From Eledone cirrhosa (taxonomy: Eukaryota), in contig OZ024740.1 in NCBI GenBank assembly GCA_964016885.1, forward strand, positions 341,930,001 through 341,994,000: a stretch of 64,000 bases of DNA. The letters run 5' to 3'. The number at the start of each line of letters is the position of its first letter. Position 1 is the first letter of the stretch. Position numbers and translations under genes: made by a program. A model generated the notes under the pieces. It had not been told where the DNA came from. It worked only from the letters and a program-made list of their open reading frames with translations, and did not search any database. Below, piece by piece: positions 47,098 to 59,019 of this stretch.

Positions 47098-48158
47098 TTA
47101 GAAGACTGTTGGTGACTGTGGTAGTGGTTATTTTTATGTAGGTTATGGTTTTTGTTTTTGCTTTTATTTTTAATTTTATTTTCATTTATCCGACGGGTCC
47201 CCGGGAGATGGGTAAAGGGACAATCCCGGTCTAAACACAATCTGTCTCGCAGGGAAAAACGGCAGATTTGTGGATTCCTTGTTTGAGTTATTGGTGGTTG
47301 TGTTGGTGTTAAATTAGAGTATGTATTATGGTGGTGGCTGTTTGTGGGGATAGATCGTTTTGTCCTAGGTAAATGGGTGAATTTGCAGCCACTATCCGTA
47401 CATATTCTATAGCGTAGAGAGTAGCGGCAAATGATGGGGTTTCGAGTGGGTGGGTATATGGGTGTGGGTGTTGTGAGAGGTGTAGATGATGGTTTGGGTA
47501 GGATTTGACGACCTTTGTGGACTGTGGGAGGGAGAGTTCTTGTTCTGGTATTAGAAGGTAAATTCCTTGACATAGCAGTAGACAAAAATGTTGTAGTAGT
47601 AGTAGTAGTAGTAGGCAGAGATGTTGGCAGTGGTGATGATTGGACTGCTGGGCCAGAGAAAGGATGTGGCGTTTCATGCTGTGAGACAGAGGCTACTGGG
47701 GGGTCAATAGTTTCATTTAGTAGATCGGCCATTGTTGATGAATCAAGGAGTGGTTCACACTGTTGTTGTTGCTGTTGTTGATGTTGTTGTTGTAGCTGTT
47801 GTTGATGTTGTTGTTGTAGCTGTTGTTGTTGTTGCTGTTGTAGCTGCTGTTGTTGTTGTTGTTGCTGTTGTAGCTGCTGTTGTTGTTGTTGCTGCTGCTG
47901 GACAGCATTCGAAGAGAAAACACACCGTAGTTTATCCAAATGTTTATTGATTAATTTAAAAGCAATTTCGATTTGCTTTAATTTATTTTGAATCTGTTGT
48001 TCAGATCGAGTTTTCAAAAATTGAACTGTACGTTTAGCAATGTCGTTCAGAGATGAAGCATCTATATTTTCTGTTTGGGAAAGGCAATGCCATGTGTTTA
48101 TTAGAATGTCGATTTCATTATCAGACCAGTTCTGTTTGGATTTTTGCTGGTTAGCCAT
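46968..48158 (-). CDS. ORF1: Myb/SANT-like N-terminus, polyQ, Pro/Thr linker, two CCCH zinc fingers
   Basis: NWSDNEIDILIN..RSEQQIQNKLK; ~40-residue Q-rich tract; CRYSLRYRICTDSGCKFTH and CRFSLRDRLCLDRDCPFTH (C-x8-C-x4-C-x3-H). Confidence 0.85.
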   Translation of the reverse strand: MANQQKSKQNWSDNEIDILINTWHCLSQTENIDASSLNDIAKRTVQFLKTRSEQQIQNKLKQIEIAFKLINKHLDKLRCVFSSNAVQQQQQQQQQLQQQQQQQQQLQQQQQQQLQQQHQQQLQQQHQQQQQQQCEPLLDSSTMADLLNETIDPPVASVSQHETPHPFSGPAVQSSPLPTSLPTTTTTTTTFLSTAMSRNLPSNTRTRTLPPTVHKGRQILPKPSSTPLTTPTPIYPPTRNPIICRYSLRYRICTDSGCKFTHLPRTKRSIPTNSHHHNTYSNLTPTQPPITQTRNPQICRFSLRDRLCLDRDCPFTHLPGTRRINENKIKNKSKNKNHNLHKNNHYHSHQQSSKQETSSSFLAIMNLAKELEKNIRAITQHHPPLSPHCTNSHCCH

Positions 48159-48392
48159 TCTAGTTTTGAGTGTGTGTGTGTTTTAGTTAAGTATTTCAAT
48201 ATATATATATTTTTTTTTTAAATTTATTTTTGATTTATTTTTGTTTTTTGTTTTTCTTGTGTGTGAGTGAGAAGCGTATATATATAAATATGAGTATATA
48301 TATATATATATATGTATATTCTGGTTATTTGAAATTAATTAAGTTAATGAGAAGACGAAAGTATATAATAATAATTTGTAGTTAAAGGAAAA

Positions 48393-49168
48393 TGTATATG
48401 TATATATGTATATATATATATATGTATATATGTATATATATATGTGTATATATGTATATATATATGTATATATATGTATATATGTATATATATGTATATA
48501 TGTATATATATATATATATGTATATATGTATATATATATGTGTATATATGTATATATATATGTATATATATGTATATATATATGTATATATATATGTATA
48601 TATATATGTATATATGTATATATATATGTATATTTATATATATGTATATGTATATGTATATATATATATGTATATGTATATATATATGTGTATATATATA
48701 TATGTATATATATGTATATATATATGTATATATATGTATATATATATGTATATATATGTATATATATATATATGTATGTATATATATATATATGTATGTA
48801 TATATGTATATATGTGTATATATATATGTATATATATATATGTATATATATGTATATATATATATATGTATGTATATATATATGTATATATATATGTATA
48901 TATATGTATATATATATATATGTATATATATGTATATGTATATATATATATGTGTATATATATATGTATATATATATATATGTATATATATATATGTGTA
49001 TATATATATGTGTATATATATATGTATATATATATATGTATATATATATATGTATATATATATATGTGTATATATATATATGTATATATATATATGTATA
49101 TATATATGTATATATGTATATATGTATATATATATATGTATATATGTATATATGTATATATATATATG

Positions 49169-49200
<32 letters not shown>

Positions 49201-49234
49201 TGTATATATATGTATATATATATATATATATGTA
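48393..49234. repeat. (TA)n tract with TG interruptions (opposite polarity to most tracts)
   Basis: Direct inspection. Confidence 0.97.
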
Positions 49235-51145
49235 TCATCATCATCATCATCAACGTTTAACGTCCGTGTTCCACGCTTGCATGGGTTTGGACGGGGGTTT
49301 TCCCATTTGAGGCAAGAGTGATTGTCTTGCTCGCATAGGACTGTCTGGCAGGTTTTCTACAGTTGGATGCCCTTCCTAACACAAACCACATTTACAGTGT
49401 GGGTCTGGGAGGTTTTTACCGTGTTGCCTACACGGCCACATTACAGCGTGGACTGTGTGTTTTTTTGTTGTGACACCTACACGATCTCATTTGTTTCGAC
49501 CTGGATGGTGTGGCTCCAACATAACTTTACATAGAAGGGGGCGGTGTGGATGGGGTGGGGGTGGTGGGACGGGGGTGTATTTTGTTAGAGATACCTACTG
49601 ACTGTAGTAGGTTTTACTTTGTATTTAGGTAAGGCGGGTCTTCTCTATTACTGAGTACCGCCAAAGGTCTCGGTCCAGTGACATTGTCTTGGTGAGGTGT
49701 AAGTGTGTGAGGTCGGAGTTTATCAGCTCGTCCCAGGTTTTTCTGGGTCTGCCTATTCCGTGGCTACCGTCTATCTTTATTGCCCTGCACTTTGTTATAC
49801 AGCTGTCGTCCTTCATGCGCATCACGTGACCATACCAACGTAGCCTTCTCTCTAGTAAATAACATCTGATCCCTCTTATTTCTAATTTTTTCCTTAGTTC
49901 GTTTATGCTTTGTCGTTCACGTATATTACTATTACACATCCAGCGGAGCATGCAAGCTTCGTTTCTCTCTAGTCTGCATATATCCTCTGCACACAATGCC
50001 CAGGTATCACTGCCATGCAACATTGCTGTTCGTATGCAGGCATCATACAGCCTGCCTTTCATTTTTAGGGAGAACCCTTTAGCGGCTAATAGTGGTATAA
50101 GCTCTCTGAACTTTTTCCACCCAGTTCTGACTCTAGCTACTGTACTTTCAGAGCACCCTCCCCCACTGCTGATTTTGTCACCCAGGTAACGGAAGCTGTC
50201 CACTATTTCTATAGAACCCTCTGCGCAGTTGAAAGAGCTAGTATTTTGTGGGCACTTGCTGCTACTTATTGCCCCAGAACACCGGCCACATGTAAAATCT
50301 ATGTTCTTAGTTAGCTTACCTGTGATCCCACTACATCTTTTATGCACCCAAACTTTGCATTTGGGACACAAAATGGAATTTCTACCTACACCTTTCCTAC
50401 ACTCTGCGCATGGCCACTTCCCGGAGGGGACCGCCGCCTTATTTTCTTTCTTACAAACTAGAACTTTAGTCTTAGCCAGGTTAATTTTAAGGCCTTTTGA
50501 TTCTAGGCCGTGCTTCCATGTTTGGAATTTCTTCTCTAGCTCGGCCATTGATTCAGCTATGAGCGTTAGATCATCTGCGTATAGGAGTTCCCATGGGCAG
50601 CCACTCTTGAACTCCACTGTTATAGCCTGGAGGGCAATAATAAATAGTAGGGGGCTAAGAACAGAGCCCTGATGAACACCAACTTTTACACTAAACTCTT
50701 CACTATATTCGTTGTTAATTCTAACCTTGCTGACTGTTTCTTTATACATGGCTTGTATAGCTCTCACAAGCCATTCATCAACACCTAGTTTTCTAAGAGC
50801 CCACCAGATAATGGAACGGGGGACTCTGTCGAAGGCCTTCTCCAAGTCGACGAAAGCTAAGTTTAGGGGTTTACTTTTAGCTAGGTACTTCTCCTGTAGT
50901 TGTCGTACAATGAAAAGAGCGTCTGTGGTACTTTTTCCTGACACAAACCCGAACTGCATTTCATCTAGATCAATTCGCTCTCTGATTAGTTGCGCTATTA
51001 CTTTTTCCGTGACCTTCATGACCTGGTCGATTAATTTAATGCCTCTATAGTTACTCCTATCTAGGGCATCTCCTTTACCCTTATAACAGTTAACGATAAT
51101 GCTGCTACGCCAGTCCTTCGGAACAACCCCATTCTGTATGACTTG
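49235..51145 (-). mobile_element. 5'-truncated RTE family A with open RT and C-terminal coding (49625-51145)
   Basis: NYRGIKL..LYADD..IEKTRLT*, 3' UTR and (GAT)n tail. Confidence 0.95.
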
Positions 51146-51209
51146 TATATATATGTGTATATATATATATGTATATATATGTATATATATATATATATGT
51201 ATATATATG

Positions 51210-51246
<37 letters not shown>

Positions 51247-51257
51247 GTATATATATA

Positions 51258-51938
51258 GACGACAGCTGTATAGCAAAGTGCAGGGCAATAAAGATAGATG
51301 GTAGCCACGGAGTAGGCAGACCCAGAAAAACCTGGGACGAGCTAATAAATTCCGACCTCACACACTTACACCTCTCCAAGACAATGTCACTGGACCGAGA
51401 CCTTTGGCGGTACTCAGTAATAGAGAAGACCCGCCTTACCTAAATACAAAGGAAAACCTACTACAGTCAGTAGGCATCTCTAACAAAATACACCCCCGTC
51501 CCACCACCCCCACCCCATCCACACCGCCCCTTTCAATGTAAAATTATGTTGGTGCCACAACATCCAGGCCGAAACATATGAGATCGTGTAGGTGTCATGA
51601 CAAAAAAAACACACAGTCTACGCTGTAATGTGGCCGTGTAGGTAACATGGTAAAAACCTCCCAGTCCCACACTGTAAATGTGGTTGGTGTTAGGAAGGGC
51701 ATCCAGCTGTAGAAAACCCGCCAGACAGTCCACGCTGTAATGTGACCGTGTAGGCAACACGGTAAAAACCTCCCAGCCCCACACTGTAAATGTAGTTGGT
51801 GTTAGGAAGGGCATCCAACTGTAGAAAACCCGCCAGAGTCCTATGCGAGCAAGACAACCACTCTTGCCTCAAGTGGGAAAACTCCCGTCCAAACCCATGC
51901 AAGCGTGGAACATGGACGTTAAACGATGATGATGATGA
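51258..51938 (+). mobile_element. Short RTE family A 3' copy with a 112-bp internal UTR duplication
   Basis: [16 protein letters not shown], (GAT)n; back-to-back with the previous copy across one TA tract. Confidence 0.93.
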
Positions 51939-52009
51939 TATGTATATATACATATGCTCATATATGTATATACATATGCTCATATATGTATGTATGTATA
52001 TATATATAT

Positions 52010-52197
52010 TTCGTTTCTGGATTTGTTTAGCAAGATTCTTTATCTGAAATCGTGTTTTGAAACCGATATTGTTATACTTTGGGAGGGTCATGTTGCCAAT
52101 AAGAAACACATCTGAAATCGTGTGTTGAAACCGATATTGTTATACTTTGGGACTGGTGCGTGTGTTTCTTATTGACAACATAACCCTCCCAAAGTAT

Positions 52198-52205
<8 letters not shown>
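52010..52205. repeat. Small insert with an internal direct repeat and a 45-bp fold-back
   Basis: 52066-52110 is inverted at 52161-52205; about 42 bp from 52032 is repeated directly at 52110. Confidence 0.75.
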
Positions 52206-52238
<33 letters not shown>

Positions 52239-52630
52239 CATATGCTCATATATGTATGTATGTATATATATATATATATATATATAATTAAATTTAGGTG
52301 AATAACCAAATATTTTATAGTTCAACTCACTTCATTCATTTCTACCATTGTTTTGATTCATCAAAATGTAATTGTAAACATCAATAACAGTTTGCAGATT
52401 AATTAATTAAATTAAATAAATCAACAAACATGGCTATTACATTTCAGAAATATATTTTAGATTTGGGGAATAATTGTGCTAGTTACCAGGTAGGCATGTG
52501 ATCATCATCATCATCATCATCATTCACTGTCCATTTTCCATGCTAGCATGCATTAGGCAGGTTGTCCCATTAGAGGTAAGTCAGGTTATGTGATAATAAG
52601 CAAATTACAGAAATAAAGAGCATCCTCACT

Positions 52631-55530
52631 ATCATCATCATCATCATATGTCCATTTTCTGCTCTGATATGGGTTGGACATAGTTGGAGCAACCAATCTT
52701 GTTACATTTCATATTTGGTATGGTTTCTACAGCTGGAGGTCACTTTTAACACCAACTACCTTACAAGGTGTGCTGGGTCTGTTTTCCATGACATCAGCAC
52801 TACCACTTTATAAAGTCTTCTGGATGCATTTTATCATGGCACTAGCACTAGTGAGGTTGTTACATACATGCTTGGTCAGACTGACGACTCCTCTCAAACC
52901 CTATATTGTCTCTGTTCAGTCGGCAAACACTAGCTTTTGACCATGTTTACTTTTAATGTTGCAGTGCTTAAAATGGTGGATGTGCATGGTATCTCGCCTG
53001 TCATTATTCTTGTATCATCTTTGTGAGGTAGAATTTCTTGAGGTTTCTTTCCAACTTTGTCCCGAGTCTTCTTTGGTCTCCCTCTTCCACAGGTTCTATT
53101 CATATCTGCCATCAGCACCTTCTATTCAACCCTCACTCTACTTACACATCACATGCCAACACTTGTACAGTCATCTCTCTTACACTCTATATTAAACTCC
53201 TCTTATACCCAACTTTCCTCTCAACATATAATCTACCCTTCACTTTGAGAGAGAAGTTCTTTGTTGCCAGCAGAGGTAACAGTTCCTTGAACTTCTTCCA
53301 CCCTGTTTTCAATCTGGCTATAACATTTTTTGCATATCCACATCCAATGCTGATGAAATCACCTACATAGCAGATTTATATCCCTTCCAGTGAGCCTTCT
53401 GAACATTAGATTTCATATGCAGGTGCAGTCAACAGTGAGATTAATCTCCCTGACAGCCTACCTGTGATCCCATTACACCTCTTATGTGTCCACAGTCTAT
53501 AGTGGGTTCACAGTATGGAACTCCTACCTACTCCTTTTCTACATATTGAGTACAGCCATTTCCTTGGTGGTAGCAGGGGTTTATTCTGTTACTTACTGAT
53601 TTGGTTAATTTTGAGGCCCTTTGATTCTAGATTTTGCTTCCATGTCTGGAACATTTCTAATTGCATTGTTTCATCTATGTGAGCTAGATCATTAGTATAT
53701 AGAAGCTCAAACAAACAACCAATCTTGAATTACTTTGTTATGGACAAAACAAGTGACTGATTTACAAAACAAGTGACTAATCTGAGCCCTACTCCACCAG
53801 ATAGTTTAACCATCTCAACAATAATCCCCGAAGGACCAGCTGCCTTCCCTACTGTCATTTCTTTAATTATTTTATCTGCTATGCCACTGTCAACTTTGAT
53901 GACTGGTTCTTCAATGGGTCTACTTGGGATAGGCCTTTATTCTCCCATACATTCTCCTCATTCAGCACTTCCATGCATCTTTCAACATTAGTAAAGGTGT
54001 GTTGCTGTCATTCCATACACACTTTTTCTCTCTGATCCTTATACCATAGAACATTGGCAAACCTTTTACTTTCTGCCTACCCTCTTGCTAAATAAACCTG
54101 ATGCCTAGCCTCTCTCCTTACTACTGGGTATTGTTCCCTGCTGCCTCTCAGCTTCTAGACCTTCCAAGCCTGTCTCTTAGCTTTTATGGCCATCGCTACA
54201 GTACTGTTCCACCACTATGTCACCTTCTGTCTGACTAGAACCTTACCCCATCCACAGCACTCATCTGTTGCCCTCCGTTGGTTGTCTTGTAGGAGTTTCC
54301 AGTTGTCCTCTATGTTATGCTTATCTAATTCCTCATCTTTCTTGTCAAGAACTTCTCCAGTATATCTTTAGACCTATGGCACTTTAAGCCTCCCTATTTT
54401 CTCTAGATCATTTTAGGCTTCTGTAAGCATCTTATTCATACTCTAAAATCACTAATCACTAACCTGTGTTGGATGGTACATTCTTCCATAAGAAAACTTC
54501 TACCTATCTTGTTTTCTTGTGAGAATAAAGTCAATCTGTGTGTTTGCCTAATTGGTTGATGACCAAATGGCAGGCTAGTATCCTGAAGTCATTTGCATCA
54601 AAGAATTCCAGGAGCCTTGATCGTTCATTTCTCTCACTAAGTTCATAGCCTCCATGTACACCATGAAATCCATCCTGGTGTTGTCCAATGTATCCATTAA
54701 AGTTATCTACCACAATATCAATGTCATTCATCACCGAGGTAGTCTGCAAAAGAGCCTCATAGAAGTGGTCATTCTGTTTATCTGTAAGTCCAGCTTGTGG
54801 TGCATATACAGAAGAATAGTAGTTATTGTATTATACAGGACTAATCAAACTTCATTATCATATCACATCACATACTGACTACCTGGATTACTTTATCTAC
54901 CCATTTCTCTACTAATAGTATGATTACCCCACCTATACCATAATTTCAACCTACCTAGAAGAGCTTCTACTTATTTTACTTGCCCATGAGGAGCTTGGCT
55001 GAGGCACCTCTCCATCTTACTTCTTGTACACAGCATACATCTACACACCTCCATTCAAGCATCTCTACACTTTCTTCAAACCTACCTTTCATTGTACTGA
55101 TGTTGATTGTTGCAGCTCTGAAGTTTCAAATCTTATGTAAGGAGGAGGAGGTCTGGACTGGTTTGGTGGCTTGGTGTATGTTGTCTGTACCCTGAAATAA
55201 ATAGAGTTAGTGTAATTGTTTGATTATAGGTAGTAGCTTCTTACGCATGCATCAAATGACCATGTCTTGCTTATATGATCCATTTCGGCATGGTTTATGT
55301 AGCTGGATGCCTTTCTTAATGCCAACTACTTTACAGTGTGTTCTAGGTGCATTCTATTGCAGAACCAGCACTACCACCTTGCATGGTGGTCTGGTTGCTT
55401 TCTATCATGGCACCAACACTAACACTTTACAGAGTTGGCTGGGTTCATTTTACCATGCACCAGCACTACTACTTTACAGAGTGGGCTGGATGCAATTGTC
55501 AGGTCCCCAACACTACCTCTTTACAACAGC
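52631..55530 (-). pseudogene. Old, heavily decayed near full-length RTE LINE (internal RT deletion)
   Basis: Remnants CVQEVRWRGASA, NFNGYIGQH, VTxWWN, KAAGPSG, cysteine cluster, GWKKF, GRGRPKKT; (GAT)n tail at 52631; a second isolated RTE tail at 52501-52570. Confidence 0.88.
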
Positions 55531-56099
55531 TAATTATACTATATCTAGTTGTCTAGAAATATTTGATAAATTATGATGTGGAACTGACCTGGGACTAAAC
55601 AACACCATGGCAGTGTGTTTTATACTGATTTGATGTACGACAGGGTTGTATCACAATGTTTAGCTGTTGTTTTTCATGTTGTAGTTGTTCTCACATTAAG
55701 CTCTCCAACTTTCTAAATAACAAGTAACAAATCTAAGATAGATTTAATACCAAACTGTTTAAACTCCACCTCTCTTCTCTTGTTCTACAATACTAAGCTG
55801 TTTATTTCAAAGTGTTTATACTTACCTAAAAACCTAATTTTAAGTAAGAACCTTCTTGTGTTCCAATCACTAACTCGATAGCAATAAATTTAATTACTAA
55901 ATACTTCGAAATTCTTAATTATTTTCAAAATTATTTGACAATGATAGGTAGTGTCTTTCATTAGAAATATAGTAATGAAAGGATTAATGTAGGTATAACT
56001 ATAGTTTATAAGTCTTGCTGTGAAAATTTAAGCAAATGTGAGAACTTCTATGATACATTCCTTAGGTTGGAAAAGGGTTACTTTCTCTGCTACTCCTAC

Positions 56100-56830
56100 T
56101 ATATGCTATTCCTGTGCATTTGCTACATGCTAAGTCTATCTTTTCTATTAGTCTGCCTAAAATCCCATTACACTTTACTAGTTACCAAAACTTTGGTCTT
56201 TACTAGGTTTGCTGTCAGCCCTTTTTATTCTAAGTTCTGTTTCCACAAGCTCTTCCACAGTTCAGTTATAAGAATAATGTCATCAGCATACAGAAGTTCC
56301 CATGGACAACCAGACTTACAATCCACTGTTATGGTCCAGAGAACTATAATAAACATAAGGGAACTGTTGACTGAGCCTTGTTGAACACTTGCACATTGAA
56401 TTCCTTTCTAAACTCATCATTTACTCTCACTTTACTGTTAGTACCTTTGTACATAGCTTGCACTGTTCTCACAAGCTATTCATCTACAACAAGTTTCCCT
56501 AAGGCCCACTAGATAAAAGATTATGGTACTCTGTCAAAGGATTTTTTTTCCAGACCTAAAAGAGCTAGACATATTGGCTTGTACTTAGCTAGGAACTTCT
56601 CTTGTAGTTGTCTCACTAAAAAAAGACACCTGTGGTGCTCCTGGCACAAAACAAACTGCCTCATCTAATTTGACTCTTTCCCTAATTAGTTGTGCTAAAA
56701 CTCTATCACTTTCATAACTTGACCCATCAGTTTAATGCCTCTGGAGTTGCTCCTTTCTAGAGCATTTTCTTTTCTCGTGTAACAATTGATGATTAAATGG
56801 CTGCTAAACCAGCCATTTATTTTTTATTTG
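56100..56830 (-). pseudogene. Decayed RTE reverse transcriptase fragment
   Basis: Reverse complement encodes [16 protein letters not shown] and RGIKLMGQVMKV remnants. Confidence 0.85.
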
Positions 56831-58454
56831 CTGTTATTCAGTCATCATGTAACTAATACTACATCGTCTCTTAGCGACTTTTTTAACAGTAGGTCATTAT
56901 TTAAGGAAAATTTGGGTTCTATTTCTAGTAGGCCAAACAACTTTTCAAAATATCCCTTGCTAGATCATCATTATTTGTGTCTTTTGCATTTTGTCTCTCA
57001 CTCTCTGTGTCATACTATTTCAAATTTGTGCCAGTTAAATACTATTTCACATTATTCTTATAAACAAAATCTTTGAGTACACGGAAGCTACGAAAAGATT
57101 CAACAAGAGAAACTTTTAGCTGTTTTACAGATTCCCTTGTTTCCTATTTTCCTTTTCTTTTTCATATGCATAATTTGCCTCCCATTGGTCTTCAATATTT
57201 GAAATTTTATTTTCTGCCCCCCCCCCCCCCCTTTTTTTAAAATTATTTGTCTCACTAGCTCTTTTTGATTACCAACTGTAAGGAATACTCAATACTTCCC
57301 CTAGTCTGCCATGGTTTACTAGCTCTATACGGACGTTTAAATTGATTAACTAAATAAATAGTATCATATTGTTTATTATCTTTTCATGTTAAAATGGAGA
57401 GTTACAACTAGGATGAGTCATTTTAGCTACATAAAAATACAAAAACTGTCACTTTATTTCTTTAATTTATGTGTGAAAGGGTTGTCTCATTTGTGAGATA
57501 TGTTCACTGACGCAACAGTATCTCTGTGATGTCATTGACTAAATTGCAGATGCGCAATAAAAAAAAAATTTGAGATATACAATATTATTAAGAAATAAAT
57601 GAAAGCAGATTTTGTGTATTCTAAAATGACTTAAATTACTCTTCCAATATGTAGTTTCAAATAGCTATCTCATATGTTTAAAGTCAATAGTCTAATAGGA
57701 TAGTTATCACAATCACTGAGATTCATATTTATGTAAAGAAAGCCTATATATAGTCATTGATAATGCCTATATTACAAATGTTATTACTGAATTAACTTAA
57801 GAATCCCTATAAAACTGCCTTTTATTGTAGTTTTAAATGAATGTTCAATGCCGAATTGTCTTAGATCCAATATTGAAGGTATGTTTTCTGTTGCTTTTAG
57901 AATTTGCTTTCCATTTTCACTGAATCTCCCTTCCATTGACATTTCCCCACCTCTTTACACCCTGTTTACATCTCCTGCTCAAATACTGTTAAAAATATAT
58001 AACAGATTGATTTTTTTTCCTTTGTTGTATTTGTCCTTTTCATTTCAATTGGTGCTGTTTCTCTGTGTTTGCTATTTGTTCAATATTTATTTCAGTATTT
58101 GTTATTTGTTCAGTGTCTATTTTATGTTTGCATTTGGAACTAATTCATTCAACTATTTTGATTTAACATTCTAACATTTCTCTATAAATGAAGCTGGGTG
58201 CATGCCTTGCTTGAGCGGGTATATTAATCAGTCGACCATGAAAGTATAGGCATATTTGTTTATAGTTCATTTGATGTAATCAAGCATTGTGGCTTGCTTT
58301 CAAATATCTTTACTAAAATTATATACGAAAACTAAATATTTTCAAGTTAATTTCCTTGATCATCGCATGGAAAACTAACATTAGAAGATTAAATATTTGC
58401 ATGAATTTAAAACAAGTGAAGATGGTGGCTATATATATATATATATATATATAT

Positions 58455-58839
58455 AAATTTGAGTATGTGTTGGTTGATTACCGACACTTCAGTATGCAGG
58501 GTAGAACACTCAACAAAGTGCACAGGTGGGTCTGTTTACTCTGGAGTAATTTAAAAACAAGTAGTGTAAGTCAACAGGTTAAAATTAACTTCATTTATTC
58601 ATAGTCGCTGTTATATATATTTCGGTGATAACCATTATTCAACAACTATGATCTCATCAGACAGCTAGAACTTAAACAGAAAAACATAATGATGGAACAA
58701 AGTTTACCTGTTATGTTTTTCTGTTTTTTCAAGTCTGATGAGGTCATAGCTGTTGAATAATAGTTATCACCGAAATATATATAACAGCGAATATGAATAA
58801 ACAAAGTTAATTTTAACCTGTTCACTTACACTTTTTGTT

Positions 58840-58840
<1 letters not shown>
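58455..58840 (-). mobile_element. Non-autonomous Penelope-type element with hammerhead and ~135-bp fold-back
   Basis: Arms at about 58554-58690 and 58711-58840; hammerhead in the arm; flanked by (TA)n; sibling at 62500. Confidence 0.75.
58607..58665 (-). ncRNA. Minimal type I hammerhead ribozyme (long imperfect stem II)
   Basis: GCUGU-CUGAUGA-[30-nt hairpin]-GAA-AUAUAUAU-A-ACAGC: 5-bp stem I, palindromic stem III; mirror copy on + at 58735-58789 has a damaged stem I. Confidence 0.7.
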
Positions 58841-58873
<33 letters not shown>

Positions 58874-59019
58874 CCATTTAAGTAGTTTGATTACTAATGA
58901 GTAGAACTGGTGGTTCTGATTGGTAAACTATGATGCAACAAATTAATTAAAGCATTCAATGTTATGCAAGTCATCGATCATAGAAGTGATGACCAGTGGT
59001 TGGTGCAGGAATGGAGTAA

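Noticed and set aside
49235-51938. Divergent RTE pair as a twin-primed inversion or an inverted-repeat transposon
   Set aside because: Both halves have their own complete 3' tails and differ in sequence, so two independent insertions are simpler
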